Part shown: positions 26,501 through 40,577 of the stretch, one piece after another
How the letters are laid out: every line of letters starts with the position of its first letter
Numbering within the stretch: the first letter of the stretch is position 1
From: Mytilus trossulus
Taxonomy: Eukaryota
NCBI RefSeq assembly: GCF_036588685.1
Contig: NC_086377.1
Span: 14,942,001 to 15,006,000, forward strand
Direction of reading: 5' to 3'
DNA length: 64,000 nt
Notes under the pieces: generated by a model
What the model saw: the letters and a program-made list of their open reading frames with translations, nothing else
Told to the model about the DNA's origin: nothing
The model's database searches: none
Translations under genes and position numbers: made by a program

Positions 26501-27747
26501 GTACTTCGATTAAAGTTATCAACATGAAATCGCAATATACCTTTCCAAAAAATGAAATGTCAGTCTTATTATAATAATTTAATAATTTAATTTTAGGAAA
26601 AATATATAAACCAAATCACTTTGATTTAAGCTGTAAAAGTCGTTCGTTGGTATTTATTTCCTCTCCATTTTAATGTATAAAGGCTAATAGATCAACCCGT
26701 TGTTCGCTTCAATTAAAATGACATAAAAAAAATGAGATAAAAGGCGTTTAAATTAAAAAAAAATAAACCGATAATTGTCACTTATCAACTGCTCTGCTTC
26801 TTTTAACACGTCAGCATTATTATTACATAGTGAAACTAAGCTCTTTGGACCTCACCTAGTAGAACTTTTTAAATTTATATATTCGTGGAATATCGTCATG
26901 TGCATATTTTTAATTACACGTTATCATACATGTTGAGAATATATAAAGGAAGATAAAATATGGAGTTAGGATGTCGATAACTTACAAACCATTTAAATAT
27001 GTAACCGGAGAGAAACATGATTCGGGTAAATGTTAAATGAGAGGGTCTATGAAACAAAGATTAAAAAAACGCCTGTCCCAAGTCAGGAATATGACAGTTG
27101 TTATCCATTCGTTTGCTATTTTTGAGCATTTGATTTTCCATTAATTTGAATAGGAACTTTTCCGTTTTGGATTTTTAATTTGTTATTTGTTATTATGGTT
27201 TTGACTAAACTCAAACGAGACAATACCTAGGAATATAGAAAACGAGAAAAGGAGAGTCGATAAAATACTTCATAGAAATTGAAACAATGAATAATATATG
27301 CAATACAAAACAAACCAAATATAGGGGGTGATTTAAAGTGCTTACACACTTTTGAAAAATAATGTTGACTTATAAATCATGTCAGGAAACACCATATCAA
27401 GTAATAATAAACAATTCATATTAATTTAATTGATTTATTTAATTTCTTTAAAACTAGACAAACTGTGCATCTTTAATTGGTATTAATCTTCTCAAATCCT
27501 GATCTAAAATGTGTTTTTTCTTCAACAGGATCTACTTGTTGAAATATCTGACCTCGGAAGATTCGTTCGCTTATTGATCAACTTTCTTTCTCTCTTTTGA
27601 CAAATATATATGTCACTGAAAACCAAACCGCTTACTTACTGACAGAAGCTCGATACTTGTCCAGTTACTGAAATCAATGCTTGGATGCAATCCATAATCA
27701 ATGGTAACATCTTGATATGTTTAAAAGTCCGGTATTGTAAACGGAAA

Positions 27748-28128
27748 CTAATCTTCGTCCAAGTCAAAACTGTTCCAAATTTTCTTGTCGCTTCCTTTTA
27801 TCCTTTTTATCTTGGCGTCTATTGTAATGATGAGTCCTTGGTTTTTTAACATTTGAATTGTTGCTTTACATCTTGCATGCATTGCATACGCCAGAGCTGT
27901 TCTTCCTTTGTTGTCTTTTGCATTTATTTTTGCTCCGGTTCCTAGAAGTTTAGAAATGATCTCAAGTTTCTCATGAACGTCCTGATCAAGTGCAACCAAT
28001 TTACATGCGAGCATAAGTGGTGAGCTTCCTCTGTTTGTACAAAAGTTAACGTCGTGTCCACCTTGTATTAAAATTTTAGCCAATTTATATTTTCCAGACT
28101 CCAATGCCCATAATAACTTGTTTTCCAT
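27748..28128 (-). CDS. Small intronless ankyrin-repeat protein, ANKRD34-like (paralog 2)
   Basis: 126-aa ORF with GSSPLMLAC and GRTALAYA ankyrin motifs. Highly similar to paralogs 1 and 3. Confidence 0.85.
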   Translation of the reverse strand: MENKLLWALESGKYKLAKILIQGGHDVNFCTNRGSSPLMLACKLVALDQDVHEKLEIISKLLGTGAKINAKDNKGRTALAYAMHARCKATIQMLKNQGLIITIDAKIKRIKGSDKKIWNSFDLDED

Positions 28129-28209
28129 TTTTGTTTGAATGTTATGAAAAGATAGATTGTTATACTGCAGTTTCTTTTCTAAGTATACGTTTACAGTTCT
28201 ATTGCAAGC

Positions 28210-28270
28210 CTTTAAAGTAATTGATAATGTTGTAATCGACTACGTCATATCGTCAAAGGTTGTAGATTGG
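28210..28270 (-). promoter_or_regulatory. Core promoter of paralog 2: CCAAT, two TGACG sites, TATA altered to TTTAAAG
   Basis: RC CCAAT 28266-28270, TGACG 28251-28255, TGACGTAG 28240-28247, TTTAAAG 28210-28216. Confidence 0.55.
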
Positions 28271-28483
28271 TTAAACGCCTTGTAGATTTGCTGATTACCT
28301 TTCACACTAAAAAGGTCATCTTTACCACAAAGAAAGCAATTTGTAAATTGCTCCAGTTATTGGTTATCCTAATGTCAAAATATATATATATAAAAATGGC
28401 TGGGAATTTTAAAGGCAGTATTAAATTTGTAGTTCGATGAAAGACTCGCATAACTCTTAAAGGTAACACATAAAAAATATGAT

Positions 28484-28636
28484 AAGTTATCAAAGGTGCC
28501 AGGATAGTAATTTTATACGCCAGACGCGCGTTTCGTCTACAGAAGATTCATAAGTGGCACTCAGATAAAAAATATTTGTAAAACCAAATCAGTACAAAGT
28601 TGAAGACCATTGCAGACCCAAAATTCCAAAAAGTTT
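28484..28636 (-). mobile_element. Retrozyme-like fragment, hammerhead core mutated (CTTATGA)
   Basis: Paralogous to 23408-23560. RC ..CCA-CTTATGA-ATCTTCTGTAGAC-GAAA-CGCGCG-TC-TGGCGTA. Confidence 0.7.
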
Positions 28637-30459
28637 ACTTTTTTTCCCATTTTTTTTTTTTTAAATAGCCAAACTTCAACCAGTTTATAACCCTTTTACA
28701 GGAATCAACGCACATATTGGACAGCTAAGTATACGACACTTGAACCGACTCGTCCGATGAAAGAAACATAAATAAACAACAAAAATATATGGTGATAAGA
28801 CTCAAAGGGTGTAACCAATACTCAACAAATTAATTGAATGTATAGTGCATGTAAAAAATCGGATGCAAAATTCTAGGTTATAAGAGAATTAATGCCTGAT
28901 ATGTAAAGGCATGCTATTCCTATACCAATTTATCTAAAATGAAAGGAATATAGAGCATATTTCATTGAACTATTACACAGAGGGGGTAACTACGTGTGTT
29001 TGTTGTTTGTTCCAGTGATATATAAACTTAAATGTTATATTAATATTATTTTCATCTAAACAGTTTTTACCCAGCTTCAGACACAACTGAAAAACAGATG
29101 TTGAAATGTTGTTGATCCAATAAACTTGTGGTCACCTGTGTTTGTTTAAAGATATTAGTGTTTCTGTTGTTTCATTCTTTTCCTATTATAGCTGATGAGT
29201 TTCCCTAAGTTTTAGTTTGTAACCCGGATTTGTCTTCTCTAAATAGTTTTGTTTCTAACTTGTGACCAGCGGTATACTACTGTTGCCTTTATTATTCCTG
29301 TTCAGTGTTTTCATATGTCTGTTAGTGTAAGAAAGCGTACGTCATTTTTTTATAATCCGCTGGTTTGTTTTTGTTTCCTTCTTTCCATTCTTCTTGACCT
29401 ACAGACTGCTGTCTTTTCCTCTATCATGTTTGACTCGGTTCGGCCATTCTGAACCCTTACGTTTTCAAAAAGTCTTAGAACTCATATCATGTTATTCTAA
29501 TTTATTGCCTATACCATGGAAATATGTGAGAACACTTATCTGTTGAATAAATAAAGTAATGGCAAAACACCAAATGGATATCAAATATGACAGACACAAA
29601 CACTCGACAACCACGAAGTTCCGTTAAACAGAAAATACCATACAATACGATTCAGTACATTTGAGGAAACTACCGGCCTAATTTAAACATGGCGTTGTCA
29701 GTTTGTTTTAGACTTATGAGTTTGACTGTCCCTTTGGTATCTTTCGTCCCTCTTTTAAAGCAATGTGAGCGACAAGTGACAACTTTTTCTAAACTGTTAT
29801 ACGCAATTTTTTAACTGGATTAACATGTATGTTGAATCAATTATTTGCTTTATCAACTAACTACCCTGTCCCATTAGCACAAACATACATCACAAAAAAA
29901 TATTATAAACATATTGCATGTACATAGATATGTTTTAATTGATATACATCTAATGAATCAGACTGAATTTTTGCTGTTCATCGTCATTATAAGGATGAAA
30001 TGTTGAGAAAGTGTAAATCGATAATCGATAATATCACTCTATTATTAGAACCGATAAGGTCAGCATATAAACACTATTAAAATGAGTAAGATGTGACGTA
30101 TTAATCTCTACGAGAGGGTAGTTTTCAAAGCAATGTATGTATTAAATGATCTGGTAGTGAAATTGTTTTTGTCCGTCATTAAAACTTAAGCAAAACATAT
30201 TTAAAGAGGCGGTTTTTTTTTAAATATACAAGCCTTAAATCACATTTAATTAAAATGAAAACACAAACAAATAGTCTGTATACTCTAAAATTTGTTGATT
30301 GCAGTCATTTCATAAAACATTTTCATTTTCGCAATTGGATCAACTATATCCATATATCGATAAAGAGAAGATAAATCAGGGTTACAAACTAAAACTGAGG
30401 TAAACACATCACCTATAAGAGGGAAACAATGAAACAGCAAAAACATTGAAATAAAACAA

Positions 30460-33400
30460 AATACCCTTCCCAACCACCACACACACACATACACATAAAA
30501 CATTAAACAAATGAACACATTCCTATTCTATCCACACAAGAAATACTAATATTAAAGAGTTGACATATGTCATGTAAAAAAATAGTTTGGTTTATAATAT
30601 TTATAATGAAAAAAACGTGTTCATGTTAGCTGGTCAACATCACGTACAATACTTCAATTTGGTAAGTTTAAATTGCTAACGAATAGTGTCACAGTAAACA
30701 TTAGAACGGAAAATGTCAGCGTATAAACAAAATTACAATGTGGAAGATGTGACGCATTGATCTCACAGAGAGGGTTCAAAGCAATGCTCTTTACAAAAAA
30801 TGAGTTGGTATTTGGATTTTGTTCTAACTTTTAAACCTAAGCAAAACATACCGAATGAGGTTTTTTTTACTATAGAGAAAAGATAAATCACTTTCTATAC
30901 TTTCTGATTTCGTGAGTTTCTCTGGTTAAACTTTACATGTAAATTGTTTTTCATATACAAATATGAATTGTCATTTCAAATGTTTATTGCGTTGTGTTGT
31001 TTATTACTACAAAATTGCATAGATTACCTTAGCTGTATTTTGCAAAACTTTTAGGAAATTGGCCCCTCAATGCTCTTCAATTTCGTACTTTATTTGGCCT
31101 TTTTAATTTTTTGGATTCGAGAGTCACTATTAAGTCTTTAGTAACGTCTGGCGTATATAAAAATTAGTCCTGATATCTATGATGAGTTTATTTGCACAGT
31201 ATTTTGAGAAAAAAATGGTAATGTAGAAATAAGAAAAAATATATTGGCAATGAGATTACTATCAACGAAGTTCAGAACGTTACCAAAATTGAAAACTAAC
31301 AATAAGTGTAATAATACTTATCAAAAAGAACAAGCAAAAAATTACTCAGAAAAATAAGTATACATGACAAACAAGAAAACAAATTCTACGCACACACACA
31401 GCAACAGATAATCTGGTTGGCCTTTATTGGGCTTTTTTAACTTTTTTGGATTCGAGCGTCACTGATTAGTCTTTTGTAGACGAAACGCACGTCTGGCGTA
31501 TTTACATTTAAATTTAGTCCTGGTATCTATAATGAGTTTAAGAAACAACGAGAACTCCACTATAAGCCGGAAGTGAAATCAAAAGCTCCGGCAGGGCAAG
31601 CATTTCCTGCAAAAAAACTGGCACCAATTATTTGGGGAGTCCGAATGTGGCCTGTTAAGGTGCAACCTGTCCGTACATATCCAACCTATCCGTATTTCCA
31701 GTAGAAGTTTAATTGTTTTCCATTTCACAGTCGTCCAATCTGTCAGAACGTTTATGTGAATGATTATTGTAATTTGTATATATGGCAGAACAGGCAGAAA
31801 AACATATTTTATATTTGTATACTCTTTTAAAAGAAATTAACGATTTATCTTTACTTTTGAAACTGACTAACCCTATCAGAAGGTACAATTTAACAACAAA
31901 TAATTTATTTAATTTACAATCTACAATTCCCCTAAGGTTCGTAACTAATGAAGCATACACAATTTGTGATTTAGAAACATATAATGTGTGTTATTTTGAC
32001 TAAACAGGCGTCCAACATATTTTCTTATAAGCCTGGAATTTTTAATGAGATTATGTTTGCATATATGTTCAGCTTATGATTGATGTGTTTCCCTCGGTAT
32101 AAGTTAGAATCCCGGATTTATGACTCTTGATCAGCGGTATACTACTGTTACCTTTACATAGTGCAGTTCCAATGGTCATTATATTTTAATATTATTCAAA
32201 TCTAAAATAGAGGCTTTACTTTTGAAATCATGAAATATAACGTAGTTTATTGACCATCTACAGGGGTAACTACGTGTAAGTGTATTGCTGTTCCAGTGAC
32301 ATATAATCTTAAATGTTATCCAAATGGTATCTTCTTAACAAACAAAATATTTATACATAAATATAGAGCAGATAGAGGGCTCAATAGATTTTGATAGTAG
32401 TATATTATGTTTAAAAAAAAAAACACAGGATTTTTGTCTTTTATTCATGACACAAAACCGATTTTTTTACAGCAAAGCAACACACAATAAGTAAAGGGAC
32501 AGTTATTTAAGGGATGCATCATCGTGTTTAGTTATAAGAAGATGTGGTATGAGTGCAAATGAGACAACTCTCCATCCAAGTCACAATTTGTAAAAGAAAA
32601 ACCAACTGATGTCAAAGTTTTCATAACAGACCCTAAGTTCATACCAAACAGCAAGGAATTAATGTTGTCTTTCTTCAATGTAATCTTGTGAGATGTTTGC
32701 TTATCCTATTTGGCTTACAAGTACCTTTTATACAAATTCTATTTTTTCGACGTACATGCTAGGGTTTTATACCACCACTTCAGTAAAACTGGTTATGTGA
32801 AAAACTTGACGTTCCATTGACAGAAGAAAAAGAAAACTCATACATGTACATCAAAATTGAATTAAAACACATTTAAATATCTATCCCTTCCAAACATATA
32901 TACGTTGTATTTGTGCAAAATTTCATAAAAGGTAGTTTAAAAAATTGAGCACTTTTACAATACTCTTTGTTTCGCTTGATTTAAGGCATTTTAAACGCTA
33001 CATATTAATTCTTATTATAATCATACATTTATGATCATATTAAAAGAAGTTAATTTCAAATGTTCACATGAAAACCGGATTCGCATAGACTTTAACTTCC
33101 AGTGATTCCAATTTGTAATACTAAGTAACAGTCATTACATTGACATTTAAAAAGAGTGTTTAATATAAAAGCATAAATCAAAATACAAACACAATAGTTG
33201 TCCAAATACAAACATCGACAATAACTCTGACAGAATCGCTATAATACGTTAACAAATTTATAATGCTATGATTATCTTACTCATTTCTGTCCTATTTATT
33301 ACTTTTTTTGTGACATAATTGGAAATATAAATGATGATTTGACAAGGGGTATGAATGGTACAAAGTTATATCGGGAATAAATATAGCTATTCATTGTTCT

Positions 33401-34480
33401 TAAACTTAATTGAGGCCATAGTAATTACAGATGATCAAATCACGTAAATTAATGAGCAATAGAGCAATAAAAGAAACAAACCGTGAAAACAGAACATGAG
33501 AAAGTCGCAAACAAAAAGGAAAATGAGCGAGACAGAGTGTGTCTATCATAAAAGTACAAGTTTACTTGTATAAGCTGTAATAATTGGACCAACAACGGTC
33601 AACCTTTAAAGACTTGACTGTTAGAGTTTGTACTTATGTTGTCCTCAAAAGGAGACTGGTTTATCGAATCCATATTATGTTAATCTATTATTAAAGTAGC
33701 TGACTTATTGGCAATATCACATCTCGTTGTTTTGTGTTAGTTTTTTTTTAATATAGTACTCTGTTCAACTGTTTTAATCATTAAACATTGTCTGCAAACT
33801 TTCTATATTTGTACAAGCTGTGAAAAAAAGACGAATAACAAGCAACTTTGACATCCTTGATTTTTATGGTTTATACTTATATTGCCCTGACAAAAGGTCA
33901 ATATAAAAGATAAGTATATTTGTACATGCTGTATAACTGAACCAACAGCGGGCAACATCGACAGACTTGTCTTATACAGTTTTTAATTGAATTGTCCTGA
34001 AAGGGTGACGATTTATACTTATGTTGTCCTGACAAAAGGTGATTTGATTAAATACACATTATTTTACCTTTATAAAATATTAGTTTCTTTAGCAATAAAA
34101 CTTCTCCTCCTTATTTTCCTTCTTCTTTTTTTAAGGACAATGACGAATTATATTTTTTTCGAAAGTCGAATGATGTTCAAACCTCGGAACCTAATGTATT
34201 TACTGTATGTGGAAAAACCTTTCGAAATAAATGTTGGGTCCTTAATCCTCGATTCATCTTACTGTTTTGCATTGTATTACTTTCCATGAGAACGACACTG
34301 ATAAATACGTATTTTCAAATATACATCTGTGATTTGAAGAAGTTTAAATGTTCTTGTGTTTATTCAAACTGTATTCCTGTCAGGTAGTTTATTATTGAAG
34401 CGGTATTTTTAACATTGTCATAGAAGCAGAGAGTTGATAGCTCTTTGACCTGAAAAAAGGGACAAGAAACAGAAAACGGG
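30460..34480. repeat. Gene-less tandem duplication unit B1
   Basis: Ordered blocks (CA-rich start, TGTGACGCATT block, GGGGTAACTACGTG block, TGTACAAGCTGT sub-repeats) recur in 34480-39420 and 39650-49240. Confidence 0.8.
31420..31540 (+). mobile_element. Retrozyme-like fragment, hammerhead with core change (CTGATTA)
   Basis: GAGCGTCA-CTGATTA-GTCTTTTGTAGAC-GAAA-CGCACG-TC-TGGCGTA at ~31454-31500. A more decayed copy is at 31020-31170. Confidence 0.75.
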
Positions 34481-35496
34481 AATGACACACACAGAAAAGA
34501 AATATAAGACAACAACTGCCATTTTCCAGAATTGGTAAAGGACATTGGATCAAATACTTGCTTTATAAACTTAATACCCTCCCCATAACCACACACACAC
34601 ACACATAGAACATTGACCAAACGTACACCTATATATTCTATCCTCACTAGAAATGATATCATTAAAGAGTAACCATATGTCCATGTAATAAAATAGTTTG
34701 GTTAATAACATTTATAATGAACAAAAAACGTGTGCATGTAAGCTGGTCAACATCACGTACAATACTTCAATTTGCCAAGATTAAATCGATAACGAATAGT
34801 GTGTCATAGTAAACATTAGAATGGAAACGTCAGCGTATAAACAAAATTACAATGTGTTAGATGTGACGTATTAATCTCACAGAGTGGGTAATTTTCAAAG
34901 CAATGTTCTTTATAAAAAAGAGTTGGTATTTGGATTTTTCCAAACTTTTAAACCTACGCAAAACATACCAAATGAGGTTTTTTTAATAAATAGAAAAGAT
35001 AAATCATTTTCTATATAAGCTTCACTAGATTAAGCTTGACATGTTAATTGATTTTCATATAAAAAAAATAACGATTTGTTTTTACTTTTGAAACCGACTA
35101 ACCCTATCTAAAGGTACAATATAACAACAAATATTTTATTATTTACAATTTACAATTCCCTTAAAGTTCGTAACTAATTAAGCATACACAATTTGAGATT
35201 TAGAAACCTATTATTAATGTGTCTAAGCAGGCGTTCATCATATTTCTTTATAAGCCAAGAGTTTTTAATGAGATTGGGTTTGAATATATGTTCCGTTTAT
35301 AGTTGATGTGTTTCCCTCATTATTAGTTTGTATCCCGGATTTATGACTCTTGATCAGATGTATACTACTGTTACTTTTATATAGTGTAGTTCCAATATTC
35401 ATGACATTTTAATATTATTCAAATCTAAAATTGAGGTCGTAGTTGTGAAAACATAACATATAACGTTATTATTGACTATTTACAGGGGGTAACTAC

Positions 35497-36016
35497 TCTT
35501 ATCTTACCTCCTATACATTTATAGGAAAATGATTGGTTAATAGCGACCTCGCAGAGACCGTGTATATTCAATATTAGATTAGTAGGGAGGCGGGGCTTAT
35601 TTCAATACAGGGTTCGTAGTGGATATACAACTTAGTCATTGTTTGATTTTTAAAAATGATTGAAAGATCTGTTAAATATTGTTATATCAAGGTTGTTGAT
35701 AATAGATATTTGTCGTTTACATTAGTTTTAAAGTGCAGACCAATTTAAGAAGGTTCTTAAAATTGAACAATTGAACACTTTTTTATACAGAAATAAGAAG
35801 ATGTGTTGTGATAGCAAATAAGACAACTTTTGTCTAAATTCCACAAATAAAGATAGTCGGTAAGATAAATTCGTTACATAGTGTACTCGTGACCTAATAT
35901 GATAAATATAGGGTAAGTAAATTCCATATGGGGTTCGAGCTTCGCTCTCACTCTGTATGGAATTTACTGACCCTGTATATATCATATTAGGTCACCAACA
36001 CACTATGTAACTTATA
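35497..36016. mobile_element. Cruciform element insertion (short-IR block plus ~140-bp terminal hairpin 35872-36012)
   Basis: Interrupts GGGGTAACTAC|GTGTACTTGTAT, which is contiguous in the paralogous unit at 41450. TTATCTTACC/GGTAAGATAA form an inverted pair. Hairpin apex TTCGAGCTTCGCTCTCA at 35934-35950. Confidence 0.8.
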
Positions 36017-36667
36017 GTACTTGTATGGCTGTTCCAATATCATAAAGCCTTGAATGTTATCCAAATGTTTTCTTTTTAAGAAAAAAAATATTTATCCAGC
36101 TTCAGACACAACTGAAATAAAGATAATTTAACTATTATTGATCCAACTAATGTATAGTCTCCTGGAGTCATTTGATATTATTCCAAAATGAAATGTATAT
36201 TATATATTTTGTTTATTTCTAATTTATCTTTTAATGTATTTCTTAAGACAACAATTTTAGAGCAGTGTTATTTATTTATCTTTAAGAGATTATTAACAAA
36301 TAAAATCCGACGGAGATGTTCAATAACACAAACCCAACTGGAAAGTTATATTTAATTTTATAATTTTCTATTACCTAAAAGAGGGGGGGAAACACCAGAG
36401 ATGGAACATAAACTGACAATGCCATGGCTGAAAAAGAAAAAAAAATAACATACAAATAATAACACACAAGACACAACCTTCATTTATATAGATGTTGTTC
36501 TTGTATTGACAAGTCGGACAGGCATGAATGTAGAGCAGATTTTTAACTGATTTTTATAGTTCGGTCTTATGTTGTACTGTTATACCACTGTCCCGGGTAA
36601 GGAGAGGGTTGAGATCCCGTTAACATGTTTAACCCCGCTACATTCTGTATGTATGAACACATGATTA

Positions 36668-36995
36668 ATAGATAACAAAAAGCATCAGGTTTCAAATTCA
36701 ATACGCCAAAAACGCACCTCGTCCACACAAGACTCACCAGTGAGGCCCAGATATAAAAGATCGAAAGTGTAAAAAGTACAAAGTTGACCAGCACTGAAGA
36801 TCAAAAGTTGAAAAAGGTTGTGCCAAATACGGCGTTGTTTATATGCTTGGGATAAGAACATTCTTATTATTTAGAACAATTCATTCTATTGCAAACAATA
36901 AATTTTATCAAATGAATATGAAAGAGATATACATAATGAAACTGAAGTATTAATTAATTACAGAAAACTAAACCCGAATACATAATGCTAAGACC
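36668..36995 (-). mobile_element. Second subtype of retrozyme-like element, hammerhead decayed
   Basis: TACGCCAAAAACGCACCTCGTCCACACAAGACTCACCAGTGAGG..AAAGTACAAAGTTGA..GTGCCAAATACGGC resembles the 10530 element, but its distal half differs. Confidence 0.6.
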
Positions 36996-39900
36996 AATGA
37001 GCACCGCATAGTCAGCTATACAAGACCTCAATAAGACAATGTAAATCAATTCAAACGAGAAAACTAACGACCTCATTTATATAAAAAAAAAAGAACGATC
37101 GTAGTGTATTGACCATTTACAGGAGGAAACTACGTGTAATTGTTTTGCTGTTCCAGTGACATATAATCATAAATGTTATCCAAATGGTATATGATTAAAA
37201 CAAAAATATTTACCAAGCTTCAGACACAACTGCAATAAAGATTTTGAAACTGTTATTGATACAATAAACCTATAGTCTCCTGGAGTCATTTGATATTTTT
37301 CCAAAATGAAATATATATGTATATTATTTTGTTTATTTCTTATTTGTCTTTTAGTGTAAGCATCAAATAATAAGCGAAGGGGCAGTTAGTTAAGGGATGC
37401 ATCATCGTGTTTGGTTATACGAAGTATATAGTATTATATAATGTTTTAAAAAGAAAAACACATAATATTGTTTTTTTATTTATAACACAGAACCGATTCT
37501 TACACAGCAAAGCAACACACATTAAGCGAAGGGACAGTTATTTAAGGGAAGCATCATCGTGTTTAGTTATCAGAAGATGTGGAATGAGTGCAAATGGGAC
37601 AATTTTCCATTCAAGTCACAATTTGTAAAAGAAAAAACAGTTAATGTCAAAGTCTTCAACACAGAGCCTTAGCTCACACCAAACAGCAAGGCATTAATAT
37701 TTTCTTTCTTCAACGCATTCTTGTGATATGTTTGCTTATCGGGTTTGCATTACAAGTACCTTTTGTACAAATTATATTTTATCGACGTACATGCTAGGGT
37801 TTTATCCCGCCACTTCAATAAAACTGGTAATGTGAATAACTTGACGTTCAATTGAAAGAAGAAGAAAACTCATACATCAAAATTGAATTTAAAAACATTG
37901 AAATATCTACCCCTTCCAAACATATATTGTATTTGTGAAAAATTTAATAAAAGGTAGTTTACAAAATTGAGCACTTTTATAATATTCTTTGTTTCGCTTT
38001 ATTTAAGGCATTTTAAACGCTACATTTTAATTCTTTTTATATTCATACCTTGATTGTCATATTTAAAGAAGTTGATTTCAAATTTTCACATGAAAACCAG
38101 ATTTGCATGGACCTAAATCTTCAGTGATTCCAATTTTTTTTAATAAGTAACGGTCATTACATTGACATTTCAAAAGAGTGTTCAATATTAAAGCATAAAT
38201 CAAAATAAAAACACATAGATGTCCAAATACAAACATCGACAATCAAATTGACAGAATCGCTATAATACGTTCACAAATTTATAATGCTATGACAATCTTA
38301 CTCATTTTTGTCCTAACTATTATTTTCATTGTGACATAATTGGAAATATTAACGATGATTTAATAAGGGGTTTGAATGGTACAAAAGTATATCGGGAAGA
38401 AATATAGCTATTCATTGTTCTTAAACTAAATCAAGGCCATAGTGATTACAGATAATCAAATCACGTGAATTAATGAGAAATAGAACAATCAAAGAAAACA
38501 ACCCGTGAAACAGAAACTGAGAACGTGACAAACGAAAAGGAAAAGGAGCGAGACAGGGTGTGTCTAACATACAAATAGATAAGTTTACTTGTACAAGCTG
38601 TAATAACTGGACCAATAACGGACAACACTGACAGACTTGACAGTTACAGTTTGTATTTATGCTGTCCTCAAAAGAAGAATGGTTTATCGAATCTATATTA
38701 TTTTAATCTGTTATTAAAGTAGCTGACTCATTGGCAATACTATCACATCTCGTTGTTTTGTGTTAGTTTTTTTTAAAGTGTACTCTGTTCAACTGTTTTT
38801 AATCATTAAATATTGTCGGCAAACTTACTATATTTATACAAGCTGTGAAAAAAGACGAATAACAAGCAACTTTGACTTCCTTGATTTTTATGGTTTATAC
38901 TTATATTGCCCTGACAAAAGGTCAATAAAAAGGATAAGTATACTTGTACAAGCTGTATTAACTGGACCAACAGCCGGCAACAACAACAGACATGTCTTTT
39001 ACAGTTTTTAATTGTGTTGTCCTGACAGGGTGACGATTTATACGTATGTTGTCCTGACAAAAGGTGATTTGATTAAATCCACATTAGTTGACCTTTAGTA
39101 AATATTAGTTTCTTTAGCAATAAAACTGAACCTCCTTATTTTCTTTCTTTTTTTAGGACGATGACGAATTATATATATTTTTTTCGAAAGTCAAATGATG
39201 TTCAAACCTCGGAACCTATTATATTAACTGTATGTGGAAAAACCTTTCGAAATGATTGTTGGGTCCTTAAACCTTGATTCATCGCACTTTTTTGCATTTT
39301 ATTACTTTCCATTTGAACGACACTGGTAAAAACTTATTTTTAAATATACATCTGTGATTTGAAGAAGTTAAAATGTTCTTGTGTCTATTAAAACTGTATT
39401 CCGGTCATGTAGTCATAGTAGGGGTAACAAAAAGAAAACAGGAATGACACACACAGAAAAGGATTATAAGATAACAACTGCTATTTTAAACTAAATACCA
39501 TCCCCCACTACCACACACACATACACACCAACACACCAACACACACAAACATAAAACATTGAACAAACGTACACCTTCCTATTCTATCCTCACATCAGCA
39601 ATAAGAGGAAAACAACGAAACTGCAAAAACACTGAAATGCAACAACAAAAAAACGGGAATGACACACACAGAAAAGAATTATAAGAAAACAACTACCATT
39701 TCCAGAATTGGTAAAGGACAATTCAAGACACATGGTTGGTTAAAATTGTAATTAGAAATTTTCTAATTGGTGTTATTTGTAAATTGGATTAAATACTTGC
39801 TTTATAAACTAAATACCTTCCCCCATTACCAAACACGCACACATACACACACATAAAAACATTGAACAAACGTACACCTTCCTATTATATCCTCACAAGA

Positions 39901-40393
39901 AATGGTATCATTAAAGAGTAAACATATTCCATGTAAAAAAATAGTTCGGTTTATAACATTTATAATGAACCTGAACAAAAACGTGTGCATGTTAGCTGGT
40001 CAACATCACGTACAATACTCCAATTTGGCAAGTTTAAATCAATAACGAATAGTGTCACAGTAAACATTTTAGAACGGAAAAGGTCAGCGTATAAACAAAA
40101 TTACAATGTGGAAGATGTGACGCATTAATCTCACAGAGAGGGTAATTTTCAAAGCAATGCTCTTTACAAAAAAAGAGTTGGTATTTGGATTTGGTTCTAA
40201 CTTTTAAACCTAAGCAAAACATACCTAATGAGGTTTTTTTATTATATAAAAAAGATAAATCACTTTCTATACTTTCTAATTTCGTGAGTTTCGCTATGTT
40301 CAACTTTACATGTAAATTGATTTTCATATACAAATATGAATTTTCGTTACAAACGTTATTTTTTTTTGCGTTGTTTTTTACTACAAAATTGCA

Positions 40394-40577
40394 TAGATTA
40401 CCTTAGCTGTATTTGGCAAAACTTTTAGGAATTTTGGCCCTCAATGCTCTTATCGTACTTTATTTGGCCTATTTAACTTTTTTGGATTCGAGAGTCACTG
40501 ATGATGCTCTTAGTAAACGAACCGCGCGTCTGGCGTATATAAAAAAGTTAGGTCCTGGTATTCATGATGAGTTTATT
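40394..40577 (+). mobile_element. Retrozyme-like fragment with decayed hammerhead
   Basis: GAGTCA-CTGATGA-..-GAACCGCGCGTCTGGCGTA. Paralogous to 31020-31170. Confidence 0.7.

Larger units (their letters stand above)
26885..29647. repeat. Segmental duplication unit A2 (contains ankyrin gene 2)
   Basis: Colinear with 21575-24620. Confidence 0.85.
34480..39420. repeat. Gene-less tandem duplication unit B2
   Basis: Colinear with B1 and B3. Carries private insertions at 35497-36016 and 36668-36995. Confidence 0.8.

Noticed and set aside
38421-39060. Cys-rich ORFs and the TCTSCNNW-like reading in the duplicated units, considered as possible antimicrobial-peptide exons
   Set aside because: Paralogous copies (33540-33990, 44900-45370) have stops and frameshifts in these frames, and there is no signal peptide.
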